This document shows positions 42,238 to 53,070 of a stretch of 64,000 nt of DNA, in pieces; the stretch's first letter is position 1; each line of letters starts with the position of its first letter. Made by a program: the position numbers and the translations under genes. Below the pieces are notes generated by a model. That model did no database searches. It had not been told where the DNA came from and worked only from the letters and a program-made list of their open reading frames with translations. Location: NCBI GenBank assembly GCA_963845755.1, contig CAWJTV010000033.1, forward strand, positions 480,001 through 544,000. The letters are read 5' to 3'. The DNA is from an uncultured Planctomycetota bacterium (GTDB lineage Bacteria; Planctomycetota; Planctomycetia; Isosphaerales; Isosphaeraceae).

Positions 42238-43496
42238 ATGGGACATCCACGCCGCGTCGTCATCACCGGGATGGGGGTGGTCACGTCGCTGGGCGAAAGC
42301 CTGGATCGGTTCTGGTCGGCGCTGTGTGCCGGCCAAAGCGGCATCGTGCCGCTGACCCTCTTCGACACCTCCGAGTTCAAGGTCCGCTTCGGCGGGCAGG
42401 TCCTCGACTGGGACCCGGCGGCCCGGTTCGGGGTCAAGGAGGCACGCCACCTGGATCGCTTCGCGCAATTCGCCGTGGCGGCGTCGATCTCGGCGGTGGA
42501 GGATTCCGGGATCGATTTCTCCCGGCTCCCCGCGGATCAGTGCGGGGTGATGATCGGGTCGGGGATCGGCGGGCTCAGCGAGTTCGAGAGCCAGCATACG
42601 GTGATGATGCAGAAGGGCCCGTCGCGGATCAGCCCGTTCACCATCCCCAAGCTGATGGTCAACGCCGGCAGCGGCCAGGTCTCGATCCGTTGGGGACTGC
42701 AAGGCCCGTGCTCGGCGGTGGCCACGGCCTGCGCCTCGGCGGCCAACGCGATCGGCGATGCCTTCAAGTGGATCCAGACCGGCTGGGCCGACGTGATGAT
42801 CACCGGCGGCAGCGAGGCCGCGATCACCCACATGGGCCTCGGCGGGTTCGCCGCGATGCGCGCCCTCTCGACCCGCAACGACGACCCGACCCGCGCCAGC
42901 CGCCCCTTCGACCGCGATCGCGACGGCTTCGTCCTGGCCGAAGGGGCCGGCGTCCTGATCCTCGAAGCCGAAGAGGTGGCGCGCCAGCGCGGGCGCGGAT
43001 CTATGCCGAACTGCTCGGCTATGGCATCTCGGCCGACGGCTGGCACATCACCGCCCCGGACGAGGAAGGCCGCGGCGCCGCCCGCGCCATGAAACGCTGT
43101 TTCGCCGACGCCCAGGTCGAGCCGGACGCCGTCGATTACATCAACGCGCACGGGACCAGCACCCCGCTGGGCGACCTGGCCGAGACCATCGCCATGAAGC
43201 AGGTCTTCGGCGCCCACGCGGGCCGGCTCCAGATCTCCAGCACCAAGAGCCAGCTCGGACACCTCCTCGGCGCCTCCGGCGGCGTCGAGCTCGTCGCCTC
43301 CGCCCTGGCGATCCAGACCGGCGTGCTGCCCCCGACCATCAACCTCGACCACCCCGGTGAAGGCTGCGACCTCGACTACATTCCCAACGTGGCGCGCGAA
43401 GCCCGCGTGAACACGGTCATGTCTAACAGCTTCGGCTTCGGCGGTCATAACGCCAGCTTGCTGATCGGTCGGTATGCACCAGCGGGTCGGTCCTGA
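42238..43496 (+). CDS. fabF: beta-ketoacyl-ACP synthase II (frameshift near 42990)
   Basis: RRVVITGMG, TACAS, SRPFDRDRDGFV, NAHGTST, KSQLGHLLGA, SNSFGFGGHN. Confidence 0.95.
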
Positions 43497-43668
43497 TCGA
43501 CCTCGGTCCGATGAGGGACTGTGGCTGGATCGCCGACATCCTGCGCGCCTGGAAAAATTCCGCAGGGCACTTTTCATTCTTCGCCCTTTTTGATCAAATC
43601 CACCTTCAATTCGCAGCCGCGACTGTTTCCCACATCGTATTCCGACGGTTACACCGGGGAGCCTGCTC

Positions 43669-46600
43669 ATGGGTTTATCCGCCCGGATCAAGGACAAGCT
43701 CAGCCTGGTCCAGAAGAACAACGCCCAAGGCGTGGTGGCCCGGTTCAAGAGCGTGACCAAGTTCCTCGCCGAGGCTGTCGAGGCCGCGAAGGACAACGAC
43801 GCCATTCAGGGGGTGATCAAGGCGGTTCCATGGGAGTCGGTAACGATCGTGGGTAAGAGTGTCGTGCAGGCCCTCCCGCCACTCAAGTTCGTCTATTCTC
43901 TGATCGAGAAACTGACCGAAATCACCGAGCCCGATGAGCTGGGCTACCTGGCTTGCACGGTGGCCTATCAGAGATCGGTGGAACAGGCGTTTCGAGCGGT
44001 GAGTCCAACCACCCACACCGCGGTTGACGCCGCGGCACTCAAGAAACGTCTCGAGGCCGAAGCCGATAAGCTGGACGATTTCAGGGCGTTCTCCTTCGAA
44101 ACGGCGTTGACCCATCGGTTTGTCGTCGAAGCCGACGCGGCTCTGCAAGTCTTCGCCGAAGGTTTCCACTTCGATGGAGACCAAACTCGCAAGATCCTCG
44201 ACGAGGTCCACAGCCGATTCGTCTCGAACCTGAAAGACGTCCTGGCCACGACCGAGCGATTCAAGAACTTCAAGGAACGGCTAGCGCTCGGCTCGGCCGA
44301 GACCCGCGCGCAACGGGCCCTACAGCTCCACGCTGCCTATCAAGTGTGGCAGTTCGAGGAGCGCCCGGTCTTCGGTGGTGAGCCGTTCTCCCTGCAGGAG
44401 ATCTACGTCGAAGTCGAGTCTGGCAATCTTCGCTGGGAAGCGGTCCGCAAGTCGCGTTCTCGCGAGTCAGGGCTGACACTTCAGGCACCGATCAGGGTTA
44501 TTGATCCTTTTGTGGAAACGGAAGAAAGCGGTGGTCGCGAATCGTTGCTCCATGCGGTCCTCGACCTGATGGCCGATCAGACCTATCGGGATGCCATTGT
44601 GATCCAGGGGGTGGCGGGATCGGGAAAGTCGACTTTCACCCTGCGGCTGTGCGCTAAGCTGCGGGAACTGGGCTTGCGACCAATCCGCATTCGGCTCAGT
44701 GACCTGGCGCTCGATGAAACTCGCCCGATTCGCGATGCCCTCTCGCTGGCCGTGCAATTCTATGATCCCGGAAACGAGGAAACCCCTGGCTGGGACTTAC
44801 CGGGACTCGGGGAAGATATCTTCCAGGGCGGGGCGATCTTCAACGACCCCGTGCCCTTCACGCATGGCGTAAAGAAGGCGACGATCAGTCGCTACGTGTT
44901 GATCCTCGACGCCTGGGATGAGTTGAGCGTCGGGGTCTCCGGTAATCTCCACGACCGCATCGAACGGGTGCTGACGTCGATCCGCAACGAATTCCTGACG
45001 AATCGCCCCCCCAGGATTCGGGTGATCCTGACCGGCCGTCCTTCGACCGCCGTGGAGGAGAGCCGCTTTCTCAAGGATGATACGGCACTCTTGACGATCC
45101 GATCCTTGAGCCCTCTCCATCTCCGTGATCTGGTCGCCCGACTCGGCCGCGTGCTGGCCCGCCCCGTCTCCCGGGACGACGGCTCCTCCGCTCCGGCGCG
45201 CGCTTCGCTTGACCCGGCGACGTTCGAGCCGCTGTTCCAGACCTATGAACAAAATGATAAAGGGTTGCGCAACTCGGAGCACGCGGCTTCCGATTCCAGC
45301 CCGCTTGGTGTGTTAGGGATGCCGCTGCTGGCTCAAGTGGTAGTCCGGCTGGTGGTCGAGGCGAATGTGCAACCTCAGTCTCTCGTTACCGACCCGACGA
45401 CACTTTTTCGCCGGCTGGTCGACCTGACGTGCGAGGCGTCTGGCCAAGTCATTAGCAACGTCGCACACCTTGCCCAGACGCCCCGGTTCCAAGGCCAGGA
45501 GCTGCGCTGGCTGCTCCGATACACGGCCTCAGCGATCACGGTCTGTGGCATGGAAGCTATTTCCGGAGATGAGCTGTATTTCCGCCTCTTGGAACTCGAT
45601 CGGGATGGCACCCTCGCGACGACAGCCGGCCAGGGACGAATCGATGAGGTGACAAGTCGGAACCGATTGACCAGCCTTCTGATCAGCTACTACTTCAAGA
45701 CGGGCCACTTCGAGGCCGGCTGCGAGTTCGCTCACAAATCGTTCCGCGAGTACCTCTTCGCCGAGGCGATCGTCGAAGAACTCAAAGAGTACGCTCGTAG
45801 TAGGCCGCTGCCATCGCGCGGACGCGGCGCCTTTTGGATGGACTTCGACGAGAGCGATCCGCGGCAATTTTCGCATCCAGCCTCGTTAAGCCGAAGGCTA
45901 GGAATGCTACTGGCGCCTGGCTGGCTAAGCCCAGAGGTCGAAAACCACATTCTCAATCTGATCGCCTGGGAAGTCAGCCGCGAATCCGCTGTCGGAGACT
46001 TGGACTTGCAGCGCCTGCGAGCGCTGCCGACCGACCCGATCACTCTGGAACATTGGGTTCGCATCCGCGACGACCTGGCGGACCTGTGGGAATGGTGGGG
46101 CGAGGGCGTCCACCTGCGACCACAGATCAAACTAAGGGGTGGGCAGATTCAGGGATTTGACTCAAAACTCATTGCTATCGAACTGATCGAATGGGCACTT
46201 CCTAAAGACTTTCCACGAAAGACCGTGCTGCCTCCGTCACCGCAAAGGACCACCACCGTTGACGCTCACCTGGGGGCTGGGCTCTTCCTCCTCTGTGTCG
46301 CAATCCATCGCGAGATCGCCCGGTGGCAGGAGACGCAGGAACAAGGCACTAAGGAGCCACTTCTAGCTTATGACCTGCAAGCGACGATCGATCATCCCAA
46401 ACCTTACCAGTCGCGCCAGAAGCGACCGACGGGCGATGAGGTTCGATTCCATCCCTCATCGCGAGAGAATTACTTGAAGAACTACATCGCGCGCATCAAT
46501 GCGGCTGGCTGGCGACCGAGGGGCGGGTTCCCTCGCGGAGCTGACTTGAGCCGAGCTGATTTGCGCCGGGCCGACCTGAGCCGAGCCGACTTGCGCCGGG

Positions 46601-46883
46601 CCGACCTGAGCCGAGCCGACTTGCGCGAGGCCGACCTGAGCCGGGCCGACCTGCGCGGGGCTTACTTACGCGGGGTCTACTTCGCGGCGCCTACCTGCGC
46701 GGCGCCTACCTTATCGGAGCTGACTTGAGCGAGGCCGACCTGACCGGGGCCGACCTGACCGGGGCCGACCTGACCGGGGCCGTGAATCTGACCCAGGAAC
46801 AGGTCAATTTAGCTGGCGGTGACGTAGATAGCAGAATACCCGACTGGTTGGAGAGACCAGCAAGTTGGACCCAACATGGTTGA
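43669..46883 (+). CDS. NACHT (STAND) NTPase with C-terminal pentapeptide repeats (frameshift near 46680-46710)
   Basis: Walker A GVAGSGKS, Walker B LILDAWDE, ILTGR, GMPLL, FAHKSFREYL; ADLSR/ADLRR/ADLTG repeats. Confidence 0.9.
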
Positions 46884-47335
46884 AGTCGCTGTGACCCATA
46901 GGCGGATGATGTGGGTCTCGAGGGATGCGGTCGATGAATCTGTTCAACTCGTTGTATGAGCTCCTCGACCCTTGTACTACCTTGATTCAAGAACGACCGC
47001 GATTCGATAGAGGCTGTCGATCCGTGTGCCGACCTTGTGATCGAACTTCTCAGCGTGGTCGTGGATCTTCCTGATCGAACGACAGGATCTCGCCCCACCC
47101 GCTCTCGATGTCTTCCGGCCCGGCCATGCTCGACCTCCGTCAGGCGTCTCAACCAGACTGGCTGGACCGTCGGCCAATGATCCGTCTTGTCGAGCCGTTG
47201 ACCCTCGGTCATCGCGGCGTTCGACGCGTCGGATCGACGCGGAGGATTTGTACGAGGCGATGATCGTACGTTACAATCCTCGGAACCTCCGGCGATAAGG
47301 CCGGCCTGGCGAACTTCCACGATGAGGCGGATGAC

Positions 47336-48780
47336 ATGAAGGTTCTGGACTGGCAAGAGCTGACCCTCGATCCCGGAATCCTCCGTGAACCCGCGGCAGA
47401 GGGGGGTCGCATCGTGTTGTGGCTCCCGGGCGAACAGAACGGCGCCTTTCAGCACTGGGAGCGCATCGGCAGCGTGGCCCGCGCGGAGGTTAGCGAGGAA
47501 CAGGGGCTCTGCACCATCGCGGCGACATCGGTCCCGGCCCGACAGCGAATCAAGGGGGTGCTGGGGAAGCTGCTGGGCCGCCTCCATGAAGCGAAGGGCA
47601 GCAGGGCGCTCGTCCTCCCCAGCGGCGAGTCGGCCGAGCAATCCGGTGAACGCGCCACGGATCTCCTGCTGGTCTGGGATGCGGAAGACGCGGAGTCGCT
47701 CGAGGAGGGGCGAATCCAATCCCGATGGCCCGAGGCTGGGCGGTATCGGCGACTGGGACCGAAACTCTTCCTGGTCGGCGGCCTGGGGGCCAAGAGTGTT
47801 TCGACCGCCGCTCCGCAGCCGCTCCCACCTACGGATGGGTGCCCTCGAGCGCTGGCCGAGCAGATACTGACCGGGGCGCGCGCCATCGGCGACCGCACCA
47901 AAGAAGTCACGGCGCTCACCGATCTGGCCATCATCACATTGAGCGAAGGCGACCCCCGCGGCGCCATCACCTTGTTCGACCAGGCCCTGCCCCTGGCTCG
48001 CCAGCTCGGCGACGCCGTCAGAGAAAGCGACATCATGGGCAACCTGGGGCTGGCCTTGCTATATGTCCAGCAGCCGGGACGCGCGCGCAGCTCTTCGAAC
48101 ACACCCTGGCGCACGCCCGCTCGACCGCGGACCCCATGGCCGAGAAAGTCGCCCTGGAGCGGCTGGGCCTGGCCGCCTCGAACGTGGGTGATTCCCACAA
48201 GGCCCTGTCCTATTATGAGCAGGCGCTGAGCCTCGCTCGCCGGGTCGGGGATCGGCAGCAGGAAGCCAACCTGCTCTGGCTCCAGGGGATTCAGCTCGCG
48301 GAACTGGGACAGCGCGATGCCGCGATCGCCAGCGCCCAGGACGCCATCTCCCTCTTCAGCATCCTGGGCAAACCCCAGGCCGGTTGGTACGGCGCCTATC
48401 TCCAGAAGTACCGGATGGGCCTGTACGACACCTGGCCGGCCCAGGAGTCCTCGGGCGTGATCTCCGGCCCGCAAGCCTTCCTGGGCGGGTCGCTCACGGC
48501 CGGAGTCATGGCCGGTCCGCCCGCCGGCGGATCGACCACACCCAAGTCCACCAATGGGCCCGGCCTCCTCCGGATGGCCCTCTCCGCCACCAAGTCCATG
48601 ACGCAGTTCGCCGGCTCGGGGTTCAAGACCACCGCGCCCGAGGTCCGGCGCCAGCGCCTCCAGACCTGCGCCTCCTGCGAACATCACACCGGATTGCGCT
48701 GCAAGATCTGCGGTTGCTTCACCGGCGCCAAGAGCAAGCTCCTCCACGAGTCGTGCCCCCTCGGCAAGTGGCCGGCGTGA
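47336..48780 (+). CDS. TPR-repeat protein with C-terminal Cys-rich (DUF6171-like) domain (frameshift near 48085)
   Basis: TPR repeats with LARQLGD / LARRVGD motifs; RLQTCASCEHHTGLRCKICGCF..K..CPLGKW. Confidence 0.8.
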
Positions 48781-48853
48781 GGGCGAGAACACCAGTCTCA
48801 ATCCTTGGAGAGGTTGGGGTGTCGAGAAGGAATGGCTCACGGAGAGCTCGGAG

Positions 48854-49694
48854 ATGGACGAACGGTTTCATGCGGCACAGGCGGCCCTGACCGCTGGCGA
48901 CGTCGAGGGTCTGGCCTCACTCTTGACCGCGGATCCGGGGCTGGCCACGGAACGATCCCGGCGCAGCCATCCCACGATCCTCCAGTGCCTCGTCCTCACC
49001 ACGCCACCGGTTCAACGCGCTGGAAGTCCTGATCGAACTTCTGGCGGCTCACGGCGCCGAGCTGACCGAACCCCTCATCGCGGCCAGCGGCATGAATAAC
49101 GTCCGAGCGATCGTGAAATTGCTGGACATGGGGGCGCGGATCGAGGGCAATGGCCAGTGGTCGCCGCTGGAGGAGGCACTTTATTGGTGTCATGAGGCTG
49201 CCGTGTCGCTGCTGCTGGATCGCGGAGCCCCCGTCGCGAACCTCCGCACTGCCGCGGCGCTGGGAGATCTGGACCGGATCGCCCAATGCTTCGATGAGCA
49301 GGGCGATCTGTCGGCGGCTGCCGGCGAAGTCGCGTGGCCATTCTTCACGGCCCTCTCGCCCATTCCGCCCGATGTCTGTCGCGATCGCCAACAGGTCCTC
49401 GGCAATGCCCTGGTCTACGCGGTGGCCTGGGGACAGGCGGAGGCCGTGAGGCTCCTCATCGGCCATGGCGCCCAGGTCAACCTCATCCCCGCCGGCTTTG
49501 ATTTCGCGGGCACACCCCTCCATTACGCGGCGCTCCAGGGTCGCCGCGAGATGGTCGATCAACTTCTCCGCGCGGGCGCCGATCCGGATATCCGAGACGC
49601 CAAGATTGGTAAGCTCCCCGAGGATTGGGCCGACCACGACAAACACCACGACCTTGCGGAATACCTGCGGCTGGTCCGCCGGAATCGCGGATGA
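48854..49694 (+). CDS. ankyrin repeat protein (frameshift near 49020)
   Basis: SPLEEAL..LLDRGA, GTPLHYAALQGRREMVDQLLRAGADP. Confidence 0.85.
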
Positions 49695-49703
49695 TCTGAT
49701 GCG

Positions 49704-50168
49704 TCACCGAACCCCCCATTCCCATAAGCCATAGGCCGTCTTCTGGTCCAGCGGATGCCCGGAGAGCTTCAAGGCCCAGCCCGCCTGGCCCCGGTGATGC
49801 GACTCGTGCGCGATGAGATAGCCGAGGAACGCCGTGGCGTGCGGCTTGAATCCTTTGATCTTCCCGTTCGCAGCGAGCCCTTTTCGCAAGAGTTCCTCGA
49901 TGGCCCGTCCGGAAGCCTCCAGCGCGGCTCGCAACCTCGCCCGGGTTCCGACCGTCTTGGTTTCGATCTTTTCCAGCCCCTCGAGCAGCTCCGGAGCCGC
50001 GGCCTTCAGCCACATCAGCCGGACGTTATGGATATGAGCGAACAGGTCATGGACCGTCCGGCACTTGGGCGAGGGCGTTGCGGCCATCGCCTCGTCGGAG
50101 ATCGCATCCAGGAAGTAGAGGTTGATCCGATTGTGGATCGCCCAGGTTTCGATCATCTGGTCTTCCAT
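49704..50168 (-). CDS. DinB family protein
   Basis: FAHIHNVR..W and HESHHRGQ metal-binding His pattern. Confidence 0.88.
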   Translation of the reverse strand: MEDQMIETWAIHNRINLYFLDAISDEAMAATPSPKCRTVHDLFAHIHNVRLMWLKAAAPELLEGLEKIETKTVGTRARLRAALEASGRAIEELLRKGLAANGKIKGFKPHATAFLGYLIAHESHHRGQAGWALKLSGHPLDQKTAYGLWEWGVR

Positions 50169-50351
50169 GAGGAAATCCTCTTCGCTACAACGACTTCTCC
50201 GCGGCCCTTCCTTAACGAGTACGTGGCAACAAAATGAGTCGATGTCTCATCGTGGAGAGCCCGATGCGCTGGCGCATTCGTGTGAATGATATCGTCGGGA
50301 ACCGTAGGCGTTCTGCTGTCGAATCGACGTTTTCCGGCGGCCTGGAGCGCT

Positions 50352-51632
50352 GTGTTGGTTCAGCGTGAATGGGACAAACGACGTTGCTCGCTAAGCGAGA
50401 CGGTGAAAACAAAAACTGTGGATGGATTTATCGCGTTCCGGCCAATCCCGGAATGCCGAGGGGCGGCATCCTGCCGCCCACCCCGGTCTTGGCATCTGGG
50501 TCGGCGCTCAGGTCGCGTCCCCGCGTTGCCCTATCCTCCGCCCAGATCCTTGGAGTGTACCCCAGGTCAGGGCGCGGGGCAAATCCCTCCTCTGTCGGTC
50601 GGGGACCGATGTTCCGGCGAGTCGCTCGCCGGGCCTGGGCCGCCGCCAGCTTCCCGCGCCGGTCGGTCCAGATCTGCTCCGCTCGACCCGCCAACTTGTC
50701 GGCCGGCGTCACGTATCCGATGGCGCTATGCAGTCGGACCGCGTTGTAGTGCGCCACGAACTCCGCGACCAACCGCCGAGCATCCTCCAAGCTCAACGGC
50801 GTCTTGACGCGGATGCACTCGCCTTTCAGGGTCTTGAACCATCGCTCCATCTTGCCGTTGCTCTGCGGATAGTAGAGAGATGTTTTTACATTAATTATAC
50901 TATATATATGGATTAACGCCTTGAAATCCTTGGCGATGAACTGAGGGCCATTGTCGGAGATGATCCGGGGCCGCTCGCAGGGATACGACTCGCGACCTCG
51001 CTGGATGATGATCTCCACCTCGGCCTCCGTCATGGTCTCGCGGATCTCCCAGTGGATGATCGACCGGCTGTAGCCGTCGAGGGTACTGCACAAGAAGAAG
51101 AATGTCCCACAGATGTTGATGTAGGAAACGTCGATGTGCCAGTGCTCGTGAGGCCGCAGCGGCTGCTCGAAGCCTTGCCCCTTCCGGGACGGCCCCGCCG
51201 CTCGGGCAGCCAGCTTGCCGGCCGCCTTGAGCACGCGGTAGACGCTCGAGGGGCTGACGGCCACGATGTCGGAGTCCCGCATCATGTACGCCAGTCGCCG
51301 ATAGCCCTCCAGGGGATAAGTGTCGCGGAAGGCGATGATCTTGGCCTTCTCCCAATCCTCCAGCCAGATATCGCGAGGGATGCGGCCGTTGTGACGGTTG
51401 GGTGTCCCCAGCCGCCGGCTCCAGCGATCGAACTTGCTTCGCGCCATCCCCAGCCATCGCACCAACCGCCAGACCGGCAACTCGGTGCGGCTGGCCCAGT
51501 GGTTGATGAACTGGACGACGGCATCGCGGACGGGCTGGGGAGCCCAGGCTCCGTTCAGAGCTCCCCAAGCTCTTTTTTTAGTTGGATATGTTCCTCCATG
51601 AGTTCCGAGAGAACCTCGTGCTTGCGCTGGAG
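50352..51632 (-). mobile_element. IS3-family insertion sequence, 5'-truncated
   Basis: OrfB DDE motifs WHIDVSY, LDGYSR, ISDNGPQF, PQSNGKMERW, YNAVRLHSAIGY; OrfA tail LQRKHEVLSELMEEHIQLKKELGEL with an A7G slippery site; probable right end near 50352. Confidence 0.88.
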
Positions 51633-51662
51633 CCCCGTAGGTTGACTCCAACCGGCATGCGT

Positions 51663-52359
51663 TCAGGAGCCCGGTGGTGCGCCGCCGCGGAGGGCCTCGA
51701 GCTCGTGCCGGAGCCGCTCCACTTCCGCTTCGGCGGCGGCGCGTGCGGCGATCTCGCGTTCCCACGCCTCGCGGATTTCTTGGGGCGTCGGCAGGTAGGC
51801 GCCACTCCGCGGGTCGTAGAACCGGAGCTCTCCGCCCGCGACCTCCAGGTGAAGGCCCAGCACCTCGCTGACCAGCCGGCCTTCGGTCTTGGGGATCAGC
51901 TCGTACTGGCCATCGATCAGCCGATAACCGCACAAGGAGACCCCCGCCAGGGTCTTCTCTCGGGGATCGAACAGAAAGTATTCCCGGACCTTGAGCACAT
52001 CGCGGTAGAGGTTAAACTTCCAGCGCTGGTTCAACGCGCGCGGTGCTCTTGGAAGTCACCTCGATCACCGCGTCCGGCCCCTTCCCTTCCACCCAGAGCT
52101 TGTAAACGTCCCGTTCCGGAAGCTTCGCAATGCCGCGGGTCAGGAACACGTCGGGCGAAACACTCTTGTCGGCGTTCCCTTCGCCGTAGTACATCATCAT
52201 GTTGCCCGAGACGTACACGTCCGGATCAGACGCGAAATAGGCTTTCAAGATCGCGATCGAGTCGCTCATCACATCGCGATGGATGGGGGTTTCCGCCATG
52301 GGCTCACCGTCCGAGGAGGGGTATTCGATTTCGGATGGGGCTGCGGCGACCGTTGCCAT
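51663..52359 (-). CDS. Uma2 (DUF820) family endonuclease (frameshift near 52035)
   Basis: YPSSDGEPMAET..H, SPDVF, PDAVIEVTS, VREYFLFDP; C-terminal coiled coil. Confidence 0.9.
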
Positions 52360-52542
52360 GAGATGGACTCCGAGGAATCGGAGGGAATGTCAGCGATGTC
52401 TGAGAATGATCCCGCCCTCTATTGTATTCCCCGGTAGCGGGAGGCGTCGAGCCGGTCTCAAGTGCCGCGGGACAAGGGACTTCCGAGCGCGCTGTTGCGA
52501 TCCGGCGAGATTCGTCGAACGTCCCCGACGGTCCGCTCCCAC

Positions 52543-52676
52543 TCTAATCTTACCCCTTCAAGATTTCCCAGATTTTTTTATCCTCCGCAGCCATAAAAGC
52601 TTACGCTGACGAATTCGCCGAAAACCCGCGCGATGCTTTAACGAATTCGAAAAGTTGTGTTATACTAATAGTAAGG
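52543..52676 (+). promoter_or_regulatory. dispersed conserved non-coding module, copy B, with sigma70 promoter TTAACG-17-TATACT (extended -10 TG)
   Basis: -35 at 52638-52643, TG at 52658-52659, -10 at 52661-52666; homologous to 35938-36070. Confidence 0.6.
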
Positions 52677-53070
52677 AATACCAGAGCCGGTCGCGGTACC
52701 TCCCCGGATATCCGAGCGCAGACCCTAATGAGTCGATTGATCCTGCCGGTTGACGGACACGTCTCAAATCCTTTCGGGCCATACGGATCGGGAACGGGAC
52801 CGCGTCAAAAAGCGGCCAATTAGTGCCACACCACACCAAACTCACCGTCGCGGCCGTACAGACACAAGTCTAGACTACGATGAAACTTGCGGCCGGCTGT
52901 CGCCCAAGAAGGCAACCCCATCGCATCGACCGACGGTGCCATTTCGCTTTCGAGTAGCAGCGTTCAGCGTGGAACCCTGTATAATCAGTCGCGAGGGACT
53001 GCGGCCCTGAGCGGGTCCTGGACGCACGACGTTGGACCGAGAATCGACTCTCATTTGCTAACAGACACCT

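Noticed and set aside
46530..46780. 15/30-bp tandem DNA repeats
   Set aside because: Explained by pentapeptide-repeat coding
46900..47330. Possible small minus-strand gene between the NACHT and TPR genes
   Set aside because: Fragmented frames and no identifiable family
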